From: Neocallimastix sp. 'constans'
Taxonomy: Eukaryota
DNA: 64,000 bases
Direction of reading: 5' to 3'
NCBI GenBank assembly: GCA_050613775.1
Contig: JBODTK010000128.1
Location: 248,001-312,000, forward strand
The notes below the pieces were generated by a model. That model did not search any database, was not told where the DNA came from, and saw only the letters and a list, made by a program, of their open reading frames with translations. The position numbers and the translations under genes are program-made. Shown here piece by piece: positions 45,880 to 55,537 of this stretch (the first letter of the stretch is position 1; each line of letters opens with the position of its first letter).

Positions 45880-47360
45880 CTATAATAAAATATAATAATT
45901 AAAAGACAAACGTTATTATAACTAAATTTTTTTTTTTTTAGAAAAATAAATGAAATAAAATTAAAATATATAAGATTCCTATATATATAAAATAATTATA
46001 TTTTTTTTATTTTATTTTATTTTATATTTATTATATTTATTTCACCTATATACTTTATTATTTAATATTTTTATATATGTTAAACTTATATATATTTATA
46101 TGGCTTATATATTATCTTAATTTTTAAAAAAATAATATTTAGTTTAATAATAAATTTAAAATTAATCTATAAAAAATCTATTTTTTATTTATTTAACCAC
46201 GCCAACACCAACCATATTCAGTAAGACAGTATTTACCAACTATATCATAAACACGAGCATCACGATTAACATAAAATGCTACTATGAACAGTAGAGAAAT
46301 TAGATAATCAATGTATTCGAAATACAGCAAGGGAAGATTAGGTCATTTTTATCAAAGTAATTTTTTTTTTACCTAAATACCTAGACTTACCGTAATATAA
46401 AAAAAAAAAAAAAAAAAAAATATTCCATACATAGAACCTCTCCATGAAAATCCACCTCTTGTGTTATTTGGTGTGTAATAACATCCATTTTTGGTACTTA
46501 TATGTCTAGTAATCCATTTATATTTATCTGGATTTTTATATTGTGTATCTCTAAGATATGCTCCAACAGGGATTTCTCTATAATTAACTACTGAATTATG
46601 GAGGAAACAGTCAGTTAATAATTTTTTAAACATTTTAATTTATAAAATGAATACTTTAATATAATATTATATATATTTATTTTTTTTTTTTAATTATTCA
46701 ATTATGTAATTACGTATGTAATTCTGTTGATAATATAAACAAGGTATTAATAACAATTAATAATATTTAAAATAAAATAAAAAAAAATATAATAATTATT
46801 TTATATATGTAGTAATTATATATATATTTTTTTTATTTAATTTTCTAAAAAAAGATTTTTTAGTCATAATAAACATTGGTCTTAATTATTTTTATTATCA
46901 TTTAAAAATTTATTTATTCATTTATAATTTATTTATTCATTTATTTATTTATTACATTATAATACGCCATGTTTTCCGAAATGCACTACAACAAAAGGGG
47001 GTGTCATTTCGAAAATTTTTATTACATAAATTTGTATTTTGTTGTAGTGCATTTCGGAAAACAGGGCGTATTATAATGTAATGAATAAATAAATGAATAA
47101 ATAAATTATAAATGAATAAATAAATTTTTAAATAATAATAAAAATAATTAAGACAAACGTTTATTATGAAAAAAATCTTTGAGAATTGTAATTTTATTTA
47201 TTTAATTAATTAATTATTATTCATTAAATTTTTAATAAAAATAAGTGGCTTAAAATTAAAATTATTTAAGCCATACAACAAAATACAAATTTATGTAATA
47301 AAAATTTTCGAAATGCACACTCACCACAACAAAATACAAATTTATGTAATAAAAATTTCC
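45880..47360. mobile_element. Older MULE-like element with long diverged inverted repeats enclosing a coding-like fragment
   Basis: About 45880-46020 is the diverged reverse complement of about 46765-46900. The right TIR continues to 46996 and resumes at 47335-47360 after a nested MITE. Confidence 0.55.
46997..47325. mobile_element. MULE-type MITE (329 bp) nested in the TIR of a same-family element
   Basis: 9-bp TSD ACAACAAAA (46988-46996, 47326-47334). About 50-bp TIRs GG..CATTTCGAAAATTTTTATTACATAAATTTGTATTTTGTTGTA. Confidence 0.85.
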
Positions 47361-47634
47361 AGTTTTAACATGTAAAAATAATTTTAAAGAAATATTTAGA
47401 AATATGTTTGTAATAATTAATAATGTAAAGTTTCTAGAATATAGATTTTAATTGATGAAAATGAATCTTATCAAAAAAGAATAAAATAATTTATATAATA
47501 AGAATTTCTAAATTCATTTCGGTTGAATTACGAACCGAAAGAATCTTTAACTTTCTATAATTTTATACAGAAAGAATATTCAAGAAGATATTATTAATAA
47601 TTAATAAAATAATTAATAAAATAATTATTTATGC

Positions 47635-47711
47635 AAAATGGGTTGAAGTGTGAGTCGAATCCATGAAGTATTGATCATGGTCAATGTAACTAACCATTGA
47701 ACCAAGGTTCT
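47635..47711 (-). ncRNA. tRNA-like/tRNA-derived Pol III element (pseudo-tRNA or SINE head)
   Basis: Minus strand has A-box-like TGGTTCAATGG, stem ATTGA-CCATGA-TCAAT, B-box-like GGATTCGACTC at tRNA spacing (about 45 nt), then CCA-TTTT. The acceptor and T stems do not pair well. Confidence 0.5.
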
Positions 47712-47725
47712 AATTTTAATAACTG

Positions 47726-48776
47726 TGATAAAGAATGAAGTAATAAATTGATTCTTATTAAAAACCTTTTAATATAGTCAAGGTGATTTTTAAAATATTA
47801 ATAAATTTATGTATTCTTTACATTAATAATTTTACTATATTATTTGATCTGAAAATTTAAGTTTATACATAAAATTTAATTTAAATTTATGTTCATTCCT
47901 TATAAAGGTAAATTAAATTTATGAGAGTTTAGCAATAACATAGTACTAATTACTTTTAGTATTATTTTTCTAAATAAGGAATAATTCCTGTATATAAACA
48001 ACTTAAATAACTTTATCAATATTTCTGTCTTTCGAATTAATAAATAATTGAAATGAAAGAAATAAATAAAATAAAATTTTCTGTATTTAAAATTGTAAAA
48101 GATTTTTCATATATTAATAAATGTATTTTATTTTCTATTATGTCATTCAAATTAATATATAAGATTACATATTAAATTAGTATCAAAATTAAGTTAAAGT
48201 ATTCAATTTTATTGTAATACTGCTTCTCTTTTTTTTTTTGTTTAATTCTTATCTATAATGCATCTTTTATATTATAGATTTATTTTGGATAATTTGAATA
48301 TTAGGAAATAATAAAATTTCTATTTATTACAATAAGGAAATAATCAATAAGATTTAAAAATCTATTGTTTTTCCATCTCTTCAACTACTTCCAGAGGCTT
48401 TGCTACTTTTATATCTTCAAAAAGATATAAATTGACTACCTTGGAACCCCTTTTTAGGGGGGAGAGAGAAAAAAAAAAAAAAAGAAAAAAAAAAAAAAAA
48501 ATAGAAATAATAAAAATAAATAAATAAAAAAAAATAATAAATAAAAATAAATAAAAATAATAATAAAAATAAAATAAAAATAAAATAAATAAATAAAAAT
48601 AATAATAAAAATAAAATAAAAATAAAATAAATAAATAAAAATAATAATAATAATAAAATAAAAATTAAAATAAAAATATAATAAATAAATAAAAATTATT
48701 GTGAAAGAATAAAATTTTTTTTTGTGTTTTAATATTATATAAATTTTTTTTTTTTTGAATTCCTCGAACCATAACA
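47726..48776 (+). repeat. Gypsy-1 5' LTR
   Basis: TGATAAAG...CATAACA, matching 55538-56589. Confidence 0.95.
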
Positions 48777-49673
48777 TAAAGTTTGGTGGAGATATCGGGG
48801 ATTTCAAAATTAAAAACTAATATTAAAACATACACAATAATTTTATTTAATTAAAAAAAAAAAAAAAAAAATTTTTTTTTACAATAATATAGAAATATAA
48901 TATATACATAAATAAATATTAATAATTTAAAGTAGCACCTACGTCCTTACTATATTAGTTGGATAAATAATTTCATACAACAAAGTTGTTATATTTCTGT
49001 TTGTGCAAGAGAAACAGTGTGATATAAAACTTTGAAATATTTATTCCTGTCAAGTACTAATTAGTAAGAATAATAATTTAATTATATTATACATTTATTC
49101 ATTAATATAAGAATACTTTTATACAATTTATAACTTATTGTAATCGGCGGCTGTTGGATGAAAAACTCCTTAGCTTAAGGCTTTGTTACAATTAAGTGTA
49201 TATAGTAATTCGTATTTATATTATCGACTAAATTATATTATAATTGAAATTATAAATTCAAATTTATAAATATATACATATATATAGTATCTATATATTG
49301 ATACCAAGACTGTTGATATATATAGATATAAAAATTAGACGTTTATATTAGAGAATAGGAGAAGGATTGCTTTACACATAGGGAGGTAGTAGAGCATTAT
49401 TGAATAAGGTTTAGTGATACAAGTGATAACAGAATAGAAAAAGTGGTAAGGTCCCGTGTTCGTACAGGCACACACTACTCTGTTATATTCACTATTCTGA
49501 CGGTTCAATAGTGGAGGTCGAACGGCCCTGTAAAGAATCTGCGGATTCGAAAATAATATAAAGCTAATAATATATATATAAGAAATATTTATAAATTTTC
49601 CATATTAATTTTTTTTAATTTAGCAATTAATTTATTCCGTGCTACATATAAGAAATTCTAGTGTACTGAATTC

Positions 49674-49709
<36 letters not shown>

Positions 49710-49795
49710 TTGTTTACTGTTCTTACTCTGTGGTTAAGTGAAATTGAGCCAAAGAAGAAAAACTACTATATTTTTTTTTACTACCTGTTTAATTT

Positions 49796-49999
49796 GGTTG
49801 TCGAGGTGTATCTTGAACCAAATAATTATCATTATAAGTGGTCGAAGTGTCATTCGAGCTTATAACCTTAATATAATTATATCTTCTATTGGTGATCGAA
49901 AGGTATTCGAACCAATAATATAAAATTTCCTTAGGTGGTCGAGTGTTATTCGAACCTAAAAATATATTTCTTGTAGGTGGTCGAAGTGTATTTCGAACC
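49796..49999. repeat. Array of five 23-24 bp imperfect palindromes (consensus GGTGGTCGAAGTGTATTCGAACC) with 17-30 bp unique AT-rich spacers
   Basis: Copies at 49796-49819, 49837-49860, 49891-49913, 49934-49956 and 49976-49999. Confidence 0.85.
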
Positions 50000-50092
50000 T
50001 CATATAAATAACTATAAAGATATAATTTAATAAACAATAATTATAAAATATTTTAATCTTGGATATCAAAATAAAACAAAACAAAACAAAAC

Positions 50093-50127
<35 letters not shown>

Positions 50128-50255
50128 TATTTTTTTTTTTATCTCTGAAGTGTTTGTAAACTTACCTATTTTTTTTTTCTAATCTCTGAAGTGTTTGTAA
50201 ACTTATAAATTCTAATACTATATTATATATATCTATAACATACTCACACACACAA

Positions 50256-50297
<42 letters not shown>

Positions 50298-50358
50298 TAT
50301 TATTATTTTTATTTTGAATATTTTACCTATATTACTGTATAATTTCTACTCAAGAAAT

Positions 50359-51318
50359 ATGGCTTCAGTTACTAATGATACTACTAATGTTCTTTCATTT
50401 AAAGATCTTAAAAAGGAACTAAAATATGTTGATAAATTAAACAAGGACCATTTGGATATAAAATCTTGGGCTTCTGAAATTGAGTTATGGATCCAATTAC
50501 AAAATATCACTGATCCAAAAACTATTTTTGTTGCATGCCTATTAACGTCTACTGGTGAACCAAGACAAATTATCCAAGAATTAGAACTACCTGCTACTAC
50601 AGCAGAAGAAGATGTAGAATTGAATGGTTCCACTGATACTGGTGAGATGTCAGGATCTAGCACCAGTAGCTCTACTAGTTCAAGTAGTTCTAGTAATGAT
50701 AGTGTTAGAACTAACCGTTATCCTTCTTTTGTCGAGATCGTCAACGCTCTTGAAGTATTCTATGGGGCAAAGGAAGATCAGAATACCTTATTAAGGGAAT
50801 TGCGTGCTCTTAAAATTGGTAGAAATGAAAAAGTAAGGGATTTTAATAAAAGATATCGGACATTATATTTAAAATTAGATAAAACTCACAAAAAACAAAT
50901 CAGTATCTTGGACTATGCTGATGCACTTGAGAATAATATTGAGGCCTGGAAAAGAGTAACTTTAATTGATGATATACCACTTTCAAAGGCTTATGAAATT
51001 GCAGAAAAAGTGGATAGACTTGCTGTGAGGTTACATCGTGTACCAAGTCCTAATAGAAATGTTTCCAACAATAATAATAATAATTATAATAAGAGTCGTA
51101 GTTCACCACCAAGAAATACTTATGAAAACAGGGACAATAGAAAAGTTTCTGATGAAAGTGAAAGGGAGAACCTTACACGTGGACCAAGAAACTCTACCGT
51201 CAAAACCTGTTTCTTCTGTAAGGAACCTGGACATTATCAACAACATTGTCCCAAACTACAAGCCATTATAGAAGAAAATAAGAAACAGATTTTTTCCAAA
51301 GGACCTTTAAACCAGTAG
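50359..51318 (+). CDS. Gypsy-1 Gag
   Basis: Capsid-like EKVRDFNKRY, Zn knuckle CFFCKEPGHYQQHC, first ATG at 50359. Confidence 0.9.
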   Translation: MASVTNDTTNVLSFKDLKKELKYVDKLNKDHLDIKSWASEIELWIQLQNITDPKTIFVACLLTSTGEPRQIIQELELPATTAEEDVELNGSTDTGEMSGSSTSSSTSSSSSSNDSVRTNRYPSFVEIVNALEVFYGAKEDQNTLLRELRALKIGRNEKVRDFNKRYRTLYLKLDKTHKKQISILDYADALENNIEAWKRVTLIDDIPLSKAYEIAEKVDRLAVRLHRVPSPNRNVSNNNNNNYNKSRSSPPRNTYENRDNRKVSDESERENLTRGPRNSTVKTCFFCKEPGHYQQHCPKLQAIIEENKKQIFSKGPLNQ

Positions 51319-54300
51319 AAGGGAGAGGAAGCACTCCCATCAAAAAAATAGCTTCATTAAAATATACTTCCAATTCTTCTGATGCAGAAAGTAAAGACTA
51401 CAGAGTGGATTATACTATCAAAAGTCATGATCAGGTAGGAGAATATTTTGTCGGTGCGGCAAAAAGAAAACTTGATGAAAGTGATGTTGAGTTAGATAAT
51501 GGAAAAGGAAGGAAAATTCATAAAAGCCTACGTGATAATCCACGACCTATAAACACTCCTGCATTAAGAAAAAGAAAAGAAAGAGAATTGGAAACTGAAG
51601 AGGTGATACCTCATAAGAAACAGTTGCAAACATCAATAATTATGCAACCAAATATCAATAAAGAAAAGAAAATTGAAAAAGCAATACGTGATAAAGAAAG
51701 ATTTTTGAAATCTAGTACTAATTCTAAAGAATTCGAAACTGCATCATCCAGTCAGTCTAATGTAAACTTAATTACTAATAAAGAGGAAATAACTTCAAAA
51801 GTTGATAATGTAGAAGCTCCAAGGGAAATTAACCAAACTAGAGAAAGAAAAAAAGACAAAAATAATAATAATAATACTAGTAATCCTAATAATAGTAACA
51901 ACGGAACTATTAGAAAAACCCCAGTCGTAAATGATATTAATAATAATAATACTATTAATATTAATAATAATGAAACTATTATCGATAATAATCATTTAAC
52001 GAATAATAAAAATATATTAAATAAATTAATTAATACAGATGGTATTAATAATAATAATAATAATGATAATAATAATAGTATGAAAATACCTCGGGTAAAT
52101 CGAATTATTAAAATGCTTTCTAATTATAAGGAATATGATGTATGGGATGATTTAAGCAATACCAAGTGTAATATTACCTTTGGACAGCTTTGGAATGCTG
52201 CGCCTAAAATAAGGAGTCAAGTTTCCCAAGGTTTAAAACTAGTAAAAGCCACCACTAATGTTGTTGGCGCTATTAATAATGTAGTTGCTACTACAACATT
52301 AGTTAATAATGTTGATCATAACTATAAAAGTAAAAGTACAGAAATAACAGAGGAGGATATTGCAATGGTAGATGCCTCTGTTGATGGTGTATCTGGAAAA
52401 TTACTTATTGATACGTGTAGTAATTTAAATATTATGTCACAAAAATATTATAATTCTCTACCATACCAATATACCGTTGTTGGTCATAGTTGTGGTAGAA
52501 TAATGCTTGCCACTAGAGACGATGAATACTCTGAAGGAATAGTCGTTAGGATACCTGTGAAAATTAATGAGCTTTCATTGTTAATTGATTTCCGAATTGT
52601 AGAAAAAGAGGAACCATTTTATGACATGCTAATTAATTTAAAAACTATAGTTGATAATAGATTATTTATTAATCCCTTAAATAATTGCTTATGTAAATAT
52701 AACATGGATGGTACTATCAGTTCTATTACACCAATAAATAATTCTGCAATTGACGAAAAATATATTTGTAGTGTTAACAAATTACTTGAGGATAATAGTA
52801 AGGAAAAATATGCTGGTGGGGAATTAAAGAAATTAGAAGGATTACCACCTATGGAATATATACATAATACAATATTTATGAATACTCTAAATGAAAAATA
52901 TAGAACTGATATAATACACCTATTAGAGGACAATATAGAAATTGTTGCTACGTCGTCTGAGGAATTAACACCATCATTGCTTTCACCACACAAAATAAAT
53001 CTAAAAGCTGGTACCAAACCTATAAAACAAAGAGCTTATCGGCTAACAAAATTAAAGACAGATATTTTAAAGGAAGAATTAACTAAGTTAATTAATAAAA
53101 AGTTAATTGAGCCTTCAAATTCTGAATGGTCTTCGCCTATTGTTCTAGTACCAAAGCCTAATGGGAAATGGCGTATGTGTGTAGATTATAGGAAGGTTAA
53201 TGATTCTACTATAAAGGATTCTTATTCTATACCATACATTGATGAAATTTTTGATAGTCTCAATGGTGCAACTATCTTCACTACCATTGACTTATACTCT
53301 GGATATCACCAAATTTTAATGGAGGAAGAAAGTATTGGTATAACAACTTTCACCACTAAGTTTGGTAACTACCAATTTAAAGTTATGCCATTTGGTTTAA
53401 CCAACGCTCCTGCAACCTTTCAAAGAGAAATGAATAGAATCCTATTTCCTTTAATAGGAAAGTGTGTTTATAATTTTATCGATGATATACTTATATACTC
53501 TAAAACAGTTGAAGAACACCTCCAACATATTCAACAAGTTTTATCCATACTCAAAGAAAATAGATTAAAACTTAATATTGAAAAGTGTCACTTCATGAAA
53601 ACAGAAGTGAATGTTTTGGGGCATAGATTAACCACTAAAGGCTTAAAACCTCTTGATAGTAAAATCGAGGTTATCAGAGATTGGAAACCCCCTCAGGACA
53701 TCCATGAATTACGTTCATTTTTAGGAGCTGTTGGATACTATAGAAATTTCATCGATAAATATTCACAAATTACTGCGTGTTTGTGTAAATTATTAAGGAA
53801 AGGTGTGAAGTATGTTTGGACTAGTGAACACCAAAAATCGTTTGAAGTACTGAAAGAAAAACTAATAAATGCACCCATATTAAGTTTCCCTCAGTTTGAT
53901 AAAGAATTTATTATACGTACCGATGCTTCTTATGATGGAATAGGAGGTGTGTTATTACAAAAAGATAATGAAACTGGAAAAGAACACCCTATTCACTTTA
54001 TTAGTAGAAGTTTGACCAGAGCAGAAAAGCATTATGGTATAACGGACCTAGAAGGTGCTGCCCTATATTATTGTATAACTAAATTAAAACCGTATATAGA
54101 TGGAAATCCAATACCAACTATTGTATATACGGACCATAAACCGTTACTAGGGTTGTTCAAAAATAAGGAACCACATAATGCAAGGCAAACTAGATGGTGT
54201 TTGACAGCTAGTATGCTTGGTGTAGACATTAGATATGAAACCGGTAAAAAGAATGTGCTTGCTGATGCCCTATCCCGAATGAAAAATAATAAAGAAAATG

Positions 54301-55514
54301 TAGTTTTAGCTACGAAAATAATTAACCATGATATTACGAATGATGAAAATGAAGCCTTATTATCCAAAGTAATACATGATTTTATCAATGAAAAATTCAC
54401 CACTATTGATGGTATTGACTACTTTATTGATGGTAACAATTATAGAAAATTAGTAACCGATCTTAATGAAAGAATAAAATTAATATTAGAGGCTCATAAT
54501 ATTGGACACGATGGTTATTATAAGACTTATCAACGTTTACGTAAGAGTTATTATTGGAACGACATGGTGAATGATGTTAAACGTGTTGTCAGTGAGTGTG
54601 AAAAATGTCAATTAAATCGACCACAACCTTATCCAGAGCCTACAGAAAATCTACCTACTAAAGTGGAAGGACCTTTTGTACATCTTGGTTTGGACATTAT
54701 CGGTCCACTGGTTAAAACTAGAAGTAATAATCAATATATAATAGTAGCTGTTGATTATTTCACTAAGTGGGTAGAAGCAGAACCCACTGAAAATATCACT
54801 TCTAAAGACGTAATTAAGTTCCTTATTAACGTATTTTCTCGTCATGGAGTTCCCCAAGTAATTACCACCGATAATGGTGCCCAATTTACATCAGATATGA
54901 CTAAAATATTTTTAGATCTATATGATGTATATATAAAATTTGTTACAACATATCATCCCGAATCTAATGGACTTACGGAAAATCGTAATAAAGAAATTGG
55001 TAAACTCCTTAGATTGCTTGGGACGAAAAATAAAGATTGGGATGAGGTATTACCCTCTGCTCTCTGGGCTTTAAGAACTGTTAAAAATAGTACCACTAAC
55101 CATTCTAGTTTTGAATTAGTTTATGGTCGTGAAGACCAACAACCTTTTGATATAGCTGCAAGACCGACTAAAGGTATAAATAAATCTTCTGATGAAATTC
55201 TATTGGAAAAGTTTATATCTCATTATAGATGGACCATAGAAGCATCAGAAAATGTGAAAAATGCAAATAAATATTGGGCTGTTAGACGAGAAGAAAAACA
55301 AAGTATGAATCAGGCTAAGGAAATCAAGGAGGGAGATTTAGTCCTAGTTAGAAACTTTAGTAGAACTAAACTAGAACCTTATTTTAATGGACCTTTAAAA
55401 GTAATCAAGAAAAAGTTTAATACAGTTACGTTAGCTGATCCAAATTCAGGAATATTATTAAATCGGAATGTACACCTCAAAAATATAGTAAAATATAACT
55501 CAGCTACAATATAG
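51306..55514 (+). CDS. Gypsy-1 Pol (PR-RT-RNase H-IN), expressed by -1 frameshift
   Basis: The frame is open from the slippery site TTTAAAC. Motifs LIDTCS, WRMCVDYRKVN, MPFGLTNAPATFQ, FIDD, RTDAS, YTDHKP, ITTDNG and GPLKV; no chromodomain. Confidence 0.93.
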   Translation, partial: FKPVEGRGSTPIKKIASLKYTSNSSDAESKDYRVDYTIKSHDQVGEYFVGAAKRKLDESDVELDNGKGRKIHKSLRDNPRPINTPALRKRKERELETEEVIPHKKQLQTSIIMQPNINKEKKIEKAIRDKERFLKSSTNSKEFETASSSQSNVNLITNKEEITSKVDNVEAPREINQTRERKKDKNNNNNTSNPNNSNNGTIRKTPVVNDINNNNTININNNETIIDNNHLTNNKNILNKLINTDGINNNNNNDNNNSMKIPRVNRIIKMLSNYKEYDVWDDLSNTKCNITFGQLWNAAPKIRSQVSQGLKLVKATTNVVGAINNVVATTTLVNNVDHNYKSKSTEITEEDIAMVDASVDGVSGKLLIDTCSNLNIMSQKYYNSLPYQYTVVGHSCGRIMLATRDDEYSEGIVVRIPVKINELSLLIDFRIVEKEEPFYDMLINLKTIVDNRLFINPLNNCLCKYNMDGTISSITPINNSAIDEKYICSVNKLLEDNSKEKYAGGELKKLEGLPPMEYIHNTIFMNTLNEKYRTDIIHLLEDNIEIVATSSEELTPSLLSPHKINLKAGTKPIKQRAYRLTKLKTDILKEELTKLINKKLIEPSNSEWSSPIVLVPKPNGKWRMCVDYRKVNDSTIKDSYSIPYIDEIFDSLNGATIFTTIDLYSGYHQILMEEESIGITTFTTKFGNYQFKVMPFGLTNAPATFQREMNRILFPLIGKCVYNFIDDILIYSKTVEEHLQHIQQVLSILKENRLKLNIEKCHFMKTEVNVLGHRLTTKGLKPLDSKIEVIRDWKPPQDIHELRSFLGAVGYYRNFIDKYSQITACLCKLLRKGVKYVWTSEHQKSFEVLKEKLINAPILSFPQFDKEFIIRTDASYDGIGGVLLQKDNETGKEHPIHFISRSLTRAEKHYGITDLEGAALYYCITKLKPYIDGNPIPTIVYTDHKPLLGLFKNKEPHNARQTRWCLTASMLGVDIRYETGKKNVLADALSRMKNNKENVVLATKIINHDITNDENEALLSKVIHDFINEKFTTIDGIDYFIDGNNYRKLVTDLNERIKLILEAHNIGHDGYYKTYQRLRKSYYWNDMVNDVKRVVSECEKCQLNRPQPYPEPTENLPTKVEGPFVHLGLDIIGPLVKTRSNNQYIIVAVDYFTKWVEAEPTENITSKDVIKFLINVFSRHGVPQVITTDNGAQFTSDMTKIFLDLYDVYIKFVTTYHPESNGLTENRNKEIGKLLRLLGTKNKDWDEVLPSALWALRTVKNSTTNHSSFELVYGREDQQPFDIAARPTKGINKSSDEILLEKFISHYRWTIEASENVKNANKYWAVRREEKQSMNQAKEIKEGDLVLVRNFSRTKLEPYFNGPLKVIKKKFNTVTLADPNSGILLNRNVHLKNIVKYNSATI

Positions 55515-55537
55515 CTTGAGTCTTAGCGGGGGCATCG

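Noticed and set aside
47635..47711. Functional tRNA-Met(CAT)
   Set aside because: The anticodon loop is 6 nt and the acceptor and T stems do not pair.
47724..47725. LTRs starting TGTG with mismatched 5' ends between copies
   Set aside because: The extra TG belongs to the ACTG TSD; the true LTR starts are 47726 and 56594.
49796..49999. True CRISPR array
   Set aside because: The repeats are degenerate, the spacers are AT-rich and uneven, there are no cas genes, and the array lies inside a eukaryotic retrotransposon leader. Kept only as a B-box-like repeat array.
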